A stretch of DNA of 58,452 nucleotides from Peptococcaceae bacterium (GTDB lineage Bacteria; Bacillota; Desulfitobacteriia; Desulfitobacteriales; Desulfitobacteriaceae), in contig JAITOS010000043.1 of NCBI GenBank assembly GCA_031289815.1, positions 1 through 58,452 of the forward strand, written 5' to 3'. Positions 1 through 6,485 of this stretch are shown piece after piece. Position numbers and translations under genes: made by a program. Each line of letters opens with the position of its first letter. The first letter of the stretch is position 1. The notes beneath the pieces are model-generated. The model had not been told where the DNA came from. It saw nothing but the letters and a program-made list of their open reading frames with translations, and did no database searches.

Positions 1-1
1 A

Positions 2-106
2 GCGAAGGGCGGACGGTTCCGCGCCAAGCGAGGCATGGACGCCGAGCGCGTCCCTTTGCGCCAGGAGGGCGCAGCGGGACGAAAAGCGGAACCGTCCGCC
101 CTTCGC
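2..106 (+). repeat. Structured inverted-repeat element, copy 1 (21-bp outer stem enclosing two 6-bp hairpins)
   Basis: 2-22 gcgaagggcggacggttccgc is the exact reverse complement of 86-106. Inner hairpins are ggacgc/gcgtcc (37-53) and tgcgcc/ggcgca (57-73). A second copy, roughly 90% identical, lies at 2347-2451. The left flank may be cut by the window edge. Confidence 0.8.
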
Positions 107-186
107 GGCCTTTCAGCAAACGAAAGCTCACCCATCCACCCTTCGCGGCCCTCCAGCCCAAAGCCAGCGCACCCATCCACCCTTAC
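86..186. repeat. Degenerate C-rich tandem repeat, three ~40-41-nt units starting at 86, 126 and 167
   Basis: Units begin gcggaaccgtccgcccttcgcggcc, gctcacccatccacccttcgcggcc and gcgcacccatccaccctta. The first unit is also the 3' arm of the hairpin element. Confidence 0.7.
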
Positions 187-245
187 AATTTTGTCTGTCT
201 AAAGCAGCGTCAGCGCAATATCCATAAACCCTAAAAAATCCCCGT

Positions 246-277
246 GAAAAGAGATAGGGCGTATCACCCTATCTCTG
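246..277 (-). terminator. Rho-independent terminator candidate after the glutamate-synthase-related gene
   Basis: 10-bp stem agagataggg/ccctatctct (250-259/267-276) with a 7-nt loop. On the minus strand it is followed by a T-rich stretch (ctcttttcac), ~50 nt after the stop at 327. Confidence 0.55.
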
Positions 278-326
278 ACCGTTTCCTCAACGGCTGGAAT
301 CTGTTGGCGATAAGCCCACCTTGTTC

Positions 327-1970
327 TTAGGCGTTTAATATCTTCTTCGCCGCTTCGTCATCGACGTCGGTGAGGTATTTGACGCCGGTTTCCCTTTCCG
401 TCTCACGGTTGGCGGCAAAGAGGTCGTTTCGGGAAATAGCGCTTACCTGGAACCTTCTCGCCCCCGCCATCAGCTGCTGCAAGCCCGCGCCGAGCTTATC
501 CGCCAGCGTCCAGACCGCGATGGCGCCCAAGGGAATCTTCTTCATCTCGTCAGCGCCTATTTTGTTTTTAAGATCAAAATAACCCGCAAAAATTTCTTCC
601 GGCGTCGCGCCGAATTCTTCGCTGATATGCTTGGGCAGGCTGTCCCAGTTGCCGTTCAAGCGTTCCCGGCGCTCCGGATAAAGCGCGCCTTCGATGTTGG
701 CCCCCAGGAAGCCGGGAATCATCAGGGAGCGGCCCATACATACGAGCTTGGTGAAGGGCGCGCCCAGCGCCAGGGCTTTAAAAATATGATCTTCACGCGC
801 CAGACCGCCCGCAAAGGCTATATCCACTACGTCGCGCCCTTTGGCCGCCAGCAGTTGGGCGTATTCATAGGTCTTGGCGTGCAGGTTGATCGAGGGAACG
901 CCCCAGGTTTCCATCATATTCCACGGGCTCATCCCCGTGCCGCCGCCCGAACCGTCGATCGTCAGCAGATCCAGCTCGGCGTCCGTGGCAAATCTGATCG
1001 CCATCGCCAGGGCTTCCATGCCGTAAGAACCCGTCTTCAGGGTGATGCGTTTATAGCCCAGCTTGCGCAAATAGGCGGTGGCGTCCATGAAATCCTGCTG
1101 CACTTCGCCGCTGCTGTTCAGATTCGTATAGCCCAACCGGCTGTGGCGGGCAAAGGATTTGATCGCCCCGTTCGCAAAGGCTTCCCGCACTTCGGGCCGG
1201 GTCGGGTCAGGATCGACGATATAGCCTCTTTCTTTCAGGAAGGCCGCGTATTCCAGACTAGTCACCTGAATCTCGCCGCCGATATCCTTCGCGCCCTGAC
1301 CCCATTTCAATTCAATGACGACTTTGTCGCCGTATTTTTCAATCAGGTATTCCGCTACGCCGTTGCGGGCGTCCTCGACGTTCATTTGCACGATGATCGC
1401 GCCGTAGCCGTCGTAGTATTTGAGATACCCGTCAATTCTTCGTTCCAGTTCCGGCGCTTTTTTGATTCTGCCCTTTTCCAGAATGGAGTTTTTGTCCACG
1501 CCGACCACGTTTTCGCCGATCACGATGGGAAAGCCGACCAGCGCCGCGCCGGTGGCAAAGGACTCCCAGTATTTCTGGGCGATAAAGGTAGATCCCAGGG
1601 CTCCGGTCATGACCGGAATCCTCGATTTGGTCTTCACCTTTTTGCCGAACTCCGTTTCCAGGGACACGTTAGGGAAAATGCAATCGTCGGCCTCGTTGCT
1701 GAGCGAGCCGCGCAAGCCGTAAGCGCCGTAGTTATACCCCTGAATGCGGAGATTGTTATAACATACGCCTACGTGGTTGGTGTTGGAGCTGCCCGCGGTC
1801 ACTGTGCCAAAGTCTCTCGGATAGAGAAGCTTTCTTCCCTTCATGGAAGACATCCAGGTTTCGCATTTCCCTTTGCAGTCCGCCCGGCAGAGTGTGCAAA
1901 GACCTGATTCCGCGGGATTCCCCCGGTTTGCCGTGTTGAGAACGTCATTGTTCTTTTTGTACTGGAACAT
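327..1970 (-). CDS. FMN-dependent glutamate synthase-related protein (GltB domain-2 / COG0069-like) with an N-terminal Cys cluster
   Basis: 547-aa ORF. N-terminal CTLCRADCKGKCE motif, then TIM-barrel/FMN-type motifs (IDGSGGGTGMSP, FAGGLAREDH). RBS aggaggg 7 nt upstream of the ATG. Confidence 0.8.
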   Translation of the reverse strand: MFQYKKNNDVLNTANRGNPAESGLCTLCRADCKGKCETWMSSMKGRKLLYPRDFGTVTAGSSNTNHVGVCYNNLRIQGYNYGAYGLRGSLSNEADDCIFPNVSLETEFGKKVKTKSRIPVMTGALGSTFIAQKYWESFATGAALVGFPIVIGENVVGVDKNSILEKGRIKKAPELERRIDGYLKYYDGYGAIIVQMNVEDARNGVAEYLIEKYGDKVVIELKWGQGAKDIGGEIQVTSLEYAAFLKERGYIVDPDPTRPEVREAFANGAIKSFARHSRLGYTNLNSSGEVQQDFMDATAYLRKLGYKRITLKTGSYGMEALAMAIRFATDAELDLLTIDGSGGGTGMSPWNMMETWGVPSINLHAKTYEYAQLLAAKGRDVVDIAFAGGLAREDHIFKALALGAPFTKLVCMGRSLMIPGFLGANIEGALYPERRERLNGNWDSLPKHISEEFGATPEEIFAGYFDLKNKIGADEMKKIPLGAIAVWTLADKLGAGLQQLMAGARRFQVSAISRNDLFAANRETERETGVKYLTDVDDEAAKKILNA

Positions 1971-2208
1971 AGTTTCCCTCCTAAAATTAAATTATTTTTT
2001 TGCGCGCATGTCTACCTCTTTGTATTCACACGCGCCGCAGTCAAGCGCACGACCGCCTTTCAAGCGCCCTGCGTTTACTGCTCCTGTACATTATTCTAAT
2101 ATATATTCACAAAAATACAAGCGTTTCTATGCGTTACAGGGGAGTGTTTTCTCCTGCGTGTTTTCTCCTGTAGGGATCAGGCGGTTTTGTCCGCGTCTTA
2201 TGTGCCTT

Positions 2209-2252
2209 TTATCACCTGGTGATCATTCCATCGAGAGGGCGCTTTTAGCAAC
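2209..2252. repeat. Conserved ~44-nt block containing the perfect palindrome ATCACCTGGTGAT (2211-2223)
   Basis: ttatcacctggtgatcattccatcgagagggcgcttttagcaac aligns with 21850-21893 (ttatcaccaggtgataattccagcgtgagaaacttttagaagc). By eye about 35 of 43 aligned positions are identical. Confidence 0.7.
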
Positions 2253-2346
2253 AGACAGCGGCCATTTGAATCTATCGATTGCCAGCTTACGACGGCAAAA
2301 GGCAGCGAAGCTCTCCGCCCCCAAACGTCCAAGACCCCAAAGCCAA

Positions 2347-2451
2347 GCGCAGGGCGGACGGTTCCGCGAAAAGCGAGGCAGGGACGCCGAGCGCGTTCCT
2401 TTGCGCCAGGAAGGCGCAGCGGGACGAAAAGCGGAACCGTCCGCCATGCGC
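2347..2451 (+). repeat. Structured inverted-repeat element, copy 2
   Basis: Arms at 2347-2367 and 2431-2451. Same two inner hairpins as copy 1. Differences from copy 1 fall in loops, or are compensatory (A-T to C-G in the outer stem), or are G-U compatible (C to T in hairpin 1). Confidence 0.8.
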
Positions 2452-2520
2452 TGACCCCGGCAAAAACCAGCGCACCCGCCCCTCTTCGCCGCCCCCAGCC
2501 AAAACAAGCGCCCCCCAAAC
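2431..2520. repeat. Degenerate C-rich tandem units (starts 2431, 2470, 2508) following copy 2
   Basis: gcggaaccgtccgcc..., gcgcacccgcccctcttcgccgcc..., gcgcccccc... Same architecture as 86-186. Confidence 0.6.
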
Positions 2521-2567
2521 AAAAATAAAGAGAGACGCCCGGTGAATCATTCACCCAGACATCCCTC
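2517..2567 (-). terminator. Terminator candidate downstream of rplL
   Basis: On the minus strand a long imperfect hairpin gagggatgtctgggtgaat / attcaccgggcgtctctc is followed by tttatttttgttt. Confidence 0.5.
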
Positions 2568-2607
2568 TTTATTTATTGGTTTATTTGTTTGTCAGCCGAC
2601 TACGGCT

Positions 2608-2982
2608 TTATTTCACTTCTGCCGAAGCCCCGGCTTCCACCAGCTTATCTTTAAGCGCATTGGCTTCTTCCTGAGCAACTTTTTCCTTCACCGCTTTCGG
2701 CGCGTTGTCCACCAAGTCCTTGGCTTCCTTCAATCCTAAACCAGTGATTTCGCGAACGACCTTAATGACGTTGATTTTCGCTTGACCCGCAGCGGTCAGA
2801 ATAACGTCAAATTCGGTTTGTTCTTCCACCGCCGCCGGAGCCGCCACCGGACCGGCAGCGGCAACCGCTACCGGCGCAGCCGCGCTGACGCCGAATTCTT
2901 CTTCAAACGCTTTGACCAGTTCGCTCAGCTCCAGTACGGTTAAGCCTTTTACCGCTTCTAAAATTTCATTCGTCTTTGACAT
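2608..2982 (-). CDS. rplL: 50S ribosomal protein L7/L12
   Basis: 124 aa. Ala-rich hinge, then [34 protein letters not shown], the hallmark L7/L12 C-terminal domain. Confidence 0.97.
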   Translation of the reverse strand: MSKTNEILEAVKGLTVLELSELVKAFEEEFGVSAAAPVAVAAAGPVAAPAAVEEQTEFDVILTAAGQAKINVIKVVREITGLGLKEAKDLVDNAPKAVKEKVAQEEANALKDKLVEAGASAEVK

Positions 2983-3065
2983 GTTGATGTTGCCCCCTCA
3001 TATTTTTATCTTCGTTTACGGTGATCGTCAGGTCTTCCTGTTGGTTGGTTGTCCGCTTCACGCGG

Positions 3066-3584
3066 TCAGGCTTCTTTCAGTTTACGCACTTCTTCCAACG
3101 CATAGCCAAGTTTGCGGATCGGTCCCTGCAACACATTGGCCATACCCGTCAAAGGCGCTTGCATTCCGCGTAAGACCATAGACAGCAAAATCTCCCGCGA
3201 CGGCAAATCAGACAGCGCTTTTACGCTATCGGCGTCGATCACTTTTCCTTCGATGATCCCGGCTTTAATAGAGATTTTTTTGTTCACCTTGATGAATTCA
3301 GACAGGATTTTGGCCGGAGCTACCGGATCTTCCCCGAAAGCAACCGCCGTCGGTCCTTCCAAATAGGTCGTCAGACCTTCCAGACCCGCTTCATCAGCCG
3401 CCCGCTTCACCATGGTGTTCTTCAAGACCTGGTACTTTACCCCTGCTTCTCGCAGTTTCGTCCGCAGATCCGTATCCTCGGCAACGGTCAGACCGCGATA
3501 ATCCGCCAGTACCACCCCTGGCGATTTCTCCAGATTCGCGCGTATTTCAGCGATAATCCGAGATTTTTCCTCAAAATTTGGCAC
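3066..3584 (-). CDS. rplJ: 50S ribosomal protein L10
   Basis: 172 aa, GTG start preceded by aagggggtgg. Conserved L10 N-terminus (K..II.EI...L....GVVLADYRGLTVAE) and position directly upstream of rplL. Confidence 0.95.
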   Translation of the reverse strand: MPNFEEKSRIIAEIRANLEKSPGVVLADYRGLTVAEDTDLRTKLREAGVKYQVLKNTMVKRAADEAGLEGLTTYLEGPTAVAFGEDPVAPAKILSEFIKVNKKISIKAGIIEGKVIDADSVKALSDLPSREILLSMVLRGMQAPLTGMANVLQGPIRKLGYALEEVRKLKEA

Positions 3585-3768
3585 GATTGTCCACCCCCTT
3601 CAGATTCAGATAGATAATAAAAACCTCCGCTCTTGCAGAGGTTCAGAAGACCCATACCGTAATCCGGCGATCTTCTCCAACCTCGGCAGGATATTATGCT
3701 CCAGAGCCCCTGCTGTCTACAGCGGAATTTTCCTTTTAACTTTACTCTTCAGCAACAAACGGCGGTCA
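3585..3768 (-). promoter_or_regulatory. rplJ (L10) leader with an internal attenuator hairpin
   Basis: 184-nt untranslated gap between rplA and rplJ. On the minus strand cctctgc-aaga-gcggagg (3624-3641) is followed by ttttt. Position and terminator-type hairpin fit the Firmicute L10-leader autoregulatory element. No covariance model could be run. Confidence 0.55.
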
Positions 3769-4461
3769 TTACCGCACTTTTAAAGGATTGATCCGTATAC
3801 CCGGCCCCATTGTAGAAGATACGGCCACGCTGCGAATATACTGTCCTTTAGAAGAGGAGGGTTTTGCTTTAGTCACAATTTCCGCTAAGGTAAGGTAGTT
3901 TTCCAGCAATTTTTCCTCATCAAAAGAGACTTTCCCAATCGGAGCGTGAATAATGCCGGCCTTATCGGCGCGATATTCAATCTTCCCCGCTTTGACTTCC
4001 TGAACCGCCCGCGCGACGTCAAAGGTCACGGTTCCCGTTTTGGGATTCGGCATTAACCCCTTCGGGCCTAACACGCGCCCCAGCTTCCCTACCGCGCCCA
4101 TCATATCCGGGGTGGCGATGGCTACGTCAAAATCAAACCAGCCGCCGTTAATCTTTTCAATCAGATCTTCCGCGCCCACAAAATCCGCGCCGGCCGTTTC
4201 CGCTTCTTTTTCCTTTTCACCTTTAGCGAACACGAGCACCGAGCGGGTTTTACCCGTTCCATTCGGCAGGACGACCGCGCCGCGAATCTGCTGATCCGCG
4301 TGGCGTGTGTCGATGCCCAGCCTGAAAGCGGCTTCCACCGTCTCGTCAAACTTGACCTTCGACATCTGCTTTACCAGCTTCAAGGCTTCAGCCGGCTCAT
4401 ACAGGGTCTCGCTATCATACTCTTTCAACGCCTCTTGAAATCTTTTTCCTATCTTTGCCAT
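3769..4461 (-). CDS. rplA: 50S ribosomal protein L1
   Basis: Start moved to MAKIGKRF (ATG at 4461), which has aaggagga 7 nt upstream. The rest of the ORF is typical L1 ([20 protein letters not shown]...LP.G.GK). Confidence 0.95.
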   Translation of the reverse strand: MAKIGKRFQEALKEYDSETLYEPAEALKLVKQMSKVKFDETVEAAFRLGIDTRHADQQIRGAVVLPNGTGKTRSVLVFAKGEKEKEAETAGADFVGAEDLIEKINGGWFDFDVAIATPDMMGAVGKLGRVLGPKGLMPNPKTGTVTFDVARAVQEVKAGKIEYRADKAGIIHAPIGKVSFDEEKLLENYLTLAEIVTKAKPSSSKGQYIRSVAVSSTMGPGIRINPLKVR

Positions 4462-4523
4462 TTTAGGTTCCTCCTTGTGGTACAACGGGCTTTCCGCCCT
4501 CCCACGTTATTTCCATCGTTGAC

Positions 4524-4952
4524 TTAGCCTTCAACAATCTCAATGCCCATGCTGCGGGCCGTGCCCTCCACCATCCGCATGGCGGCTTCGATGTCGGCGG
4601 CGTTCAGATCTTTCAGCTTCGCTTCGGCGATTTCACGCACCTTCGCCTTGTCTACTTTCGCTACCTTCTTCCGGTTCGGTTCCGCTGAGCCGGAAGTGAT
4701 ATTGGCCGCTTTCTTCAACAGTACGGACGCCGGCGGCGTCTTCAGCACAAAGGTAAAGGAACGATCCTCAAAAACCGTGATTTCGACCGGAACAATCAAT
4801 CCCGTCTGTTCCTTGGTTCGTTCATTATATTCCTTGCAGAAGCCCATGATGTTGACGCCATGCTGGCCCAACGCCGGACCTACCGGAGGCGCCGGGGTGG
4901 CTTTTCCCGCTTCAATCGCCAGTTTAATCAAGCCAACTACTTTCTTTGCCAT
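4524..4952 (-). CDS. rplK: 50S ribosomal protein L11
   Basis: 142 aa. MAKKV.G.IKL...[26 protein letters not shown] is the L11 signature. Confidence 0.97.
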   Translation of the reverse strand: MAKKVVGLIKLAIEAGKATPAPPVGPALGQHGVNIMGFCKEYNERTKEQTGLIVPVEITVFEDRSFTFVLKTPPASVLLKKAANITSGSAEPNRKKVAKVDKAKVREIAEAKLKDLNAADIEAAMRMVEGTARSMGIEIVEG

Positions 4953-4974
4953 CGCTTACACCTCCTTCATCCCG

Positions 4975-5502
4975 TCAATCTAGTTTTTCCACCTGACCGT
5001 ATTCAAGCTCCACCGGGGTATCACGCCCGAACATCGAAACCGATACGCGCAACTTTCCCCTATCTTCGAGGATCTCTTTTACCGCGCCGATAAAATCTTT
5101 AAACGGCCCGGTGATAATCTTCACGCTCTGACCGACCGCCACATCGATTTTCGTCCGCACTTCTTCCATACCCATCTGCCGCAGAATACTCAAGACCTCG
5201 CGCTCCAACAGAGGGATCGGCTTCGAGCCTGTCCCCACAAAGCCGGTGACGCCCGGAGTATTGCGCACAACGTACCAGGAGTCGTCCGTGATCTCCATCT
5301 CGACGAGTACATAGCCAGGAAAAATCTTGCGCTTCGCCACTTTCTTCTTCCCGTTTTTGATCTCAATCTCGTCTTCCATCGGCACTAAAACCCGGAATAT
5401 CTTATCCTCCATGTTCATGGATTCTACCCGTTTTTCCAGGTTTGTCTTTACCTTATTCTCATATCCGGAATAGGTATGAATAACATACCAACTTTTTTCC
5501 AT
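4975..5502 (-). CDS. nusG: Transcription termination/antitermination factor NusG
   Basis: 175 aa. WYV.HTYSGYENKV N-terminus and a KOW-type C-terminus (GQSVKIITGPFKDFIG.V). Confidence 0.97.
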   Translation of the reverse strand: MEKSWYVIHTYSGYENKVKTNLEKRVESMNMEDKIFRVLVPMEDEIEIKNGKKKVAKRKIFPGYVLVEMEITDDSWYVVRNTPGVTGFVGTGSKPIPLLEREVLSILRQMGMEEVRTKIDVAVGQSVKIITGPFKDFIGAVKEILEDRGKLRVSVSMFGRDTPVELEYGQVEKLD

Positions 5503-5547
5503 ATCCTAAGCGGAAGCAAACGCAGGCTCCCGACCTCCTCACGGAAT

Positions 5548-5775
5548 TTATTTAGGTATTATTTTGCTCAAAATAAAAGATAAGCCGCTGTCAATCAAGC
5601 CAAGAAGCACCGCTACAATCACTACCGCCACAAAAACGACAATGGTGTACGTAACCAATTGCTGACGGCTCGGCCAATAGACTTTTTTTAACTCACTCCA
5701 GACGCCGCGAAAATACTCGGCGATATCCTTGGTGAATTTCCCTTGGGCGCCTTCAGCCTTTTTCACTGTGCCCAT
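5548..5775 (-). CDS. secE: Preprotein translocase subunit SecE
   Basis: 75 aa with a single C-terminal TM segment, a ..ELKKV.WPSR..L motif, and position between rpmG and nusG. Confidence 0.9.
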   Translation of the reverse strand: MGTVKKAEGAQGKFTKDIAEYFRGVWSELKKVYWPSRQQLVTYTIVVFVAVVIVAVLLGLIDSGLSFILSKIIPK

Positions 5776-5855
5776 TCTCTCACATCCTTAGCTAAACATC
5801 CTACCCGAAAATCCACGCCCGCTTAAATGCGGCGAACCAAAACAACAAAAAAAAA

Positions 5856-6005
5856 TTACTTGGTTTCCTTGTGAGCCGTGTGGGTTTTGCAGAACTTACA
5901 ATACTTCTTTACCTCCAGCCGGTCAGGGTTATTCTTCTTATTTTTTATCGTAGAATAATTACGTTGTTTACAATCCGCACAAGCTAACATAATACCTACC
6001 CGCAT
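5856..6005 (-). CDS. rpmG: 50S ribosomal protein L33 (absent from the ORF track because it is under 60 aa)
   Basis: Manual translation gives [49 protein letters not shown] (49 aa). It has the CxxC...CxxC zinc ribbon and the canonical position upstream of secE. Confidence 0.9.
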   Translation of the reverse strand: MRVGIMLACADCKQRNYSTIKNKKNNPDRLEVKKYCKFCKTHTAHKETK

Positions 6006-6063
6006 TCAACGAGCACCTCCCCAAAAAGCGGTATCACAGCAAAAAGATTCTACTGCACACAAC

Positions 6064-6093
6064 ACTTTATCATAAACTTTTCGCCGTTGTCAA
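6064..6093 (-). promoter_or_regulatory. Sigma-A type promoter candidate for rpmG-secE-nusG
   Basis: Minus strand TTGACA (6088-6093), 18-nt spacer, TGaTAAAGT extended -10 (hexamer 6064-6069), ~60 nt upstream of rpmG. Confidence 0.5.
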
Positions 6094-6125
6094 GAAAATC
6101 GCCATTTTCTTTCATCGGCTCGAAT

Positions 6126-6166
6126 AAAAAGCAACCGCTCATCACGAAAGACAGCCGTTGCTTTTT
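6126..6166 (-). terminator. Rho-independent terminator after the DUF1858 gene (hairpin flanked by A and T runs, possibly bidirectional)
   Basis: aaaaagcaac (6126-6135) pairs with gttgcttttt (6157-6166). T-runs follow the stem on both strands. Confidence 0.6.
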
Positions 6167-6182
6167 GCCATGCCGTTACAGT

Positions 6183-6380
6183 TTAGCTTACGCTCGTGCT
6201 TTGATTCAAGCGATCGATCAGTTCCGCCACTTGCATCCCATGCGTCGCGGCCGCTCCTTCGACGCTTTCCGATGTAGCCGAAGGACATCCCAGGCAATGC
6301 ATCCCCATCTTCATAAAGACTTCCGCTGTCTGTGGATGTTCTTTTAATATCTGGCCAATGGACATTTCTTTCGTAATCAT
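6183..6380 (-). CDS. DUF1858 / hybrid-cluster-protein-associated redox disulfide domain protein
   Basis: 65 aa. MIT..M.IG.IL...P.TAEVFMK.GMHCLGCP matches the family signature as I remember it. Confidence 0.7.
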   Translation of the reverse strand: MITKEMSIGQILKEHPQTAEVFMKMGMHCLGCPSATSESVEGAAATHGMQVAELIDRLNQSTSVS

Positions 6381-6485
6381 GCTGCATCCTCCTACGTATA
6401 AAAAGTTATTCCCGTTAACTATACGTCAATCCTTCATGTCTGTCAACTTTTCCTGACGCCTCAATATTCCGCTTGAACATTCCGC

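Noticed and set aside
110-135. tmRNA-tag-like string gcaaacgaaa (also caacgaaaaccgc at 21739-21751)
   Set aside because: No tRNA-like acceptor/T-arm sequence, no resume-codon context and no in-frame tag ending in a stop. It is part of the C-rich repeat unit.
86-186. Possible CRISPR array suggested by the ~40-nt periodicity (also 2431-2520)
   Set aside because: The units are contiguous and degenerate, with no alternating conserved repeat and unique spacer. There are only about three units per site, and no cas genes or leader are present.
627-1907. 426-aa plus-strand ORF, and other long ORFs antisense to recognised genes (7767-8261, 14864-15394, 16247-16918, 34899-35549, 38326-38910, 44500-45246, 51633-52229)
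   Set aside because: Each lies fully inside a confidently recognised gene on the other strand. Their compositions are Arg/Pro/Gly/His-rich, they have no RBS, and they carry no recognisable motifs. They are the typical shadow ORFs of moderately GC-rich coding DNA.
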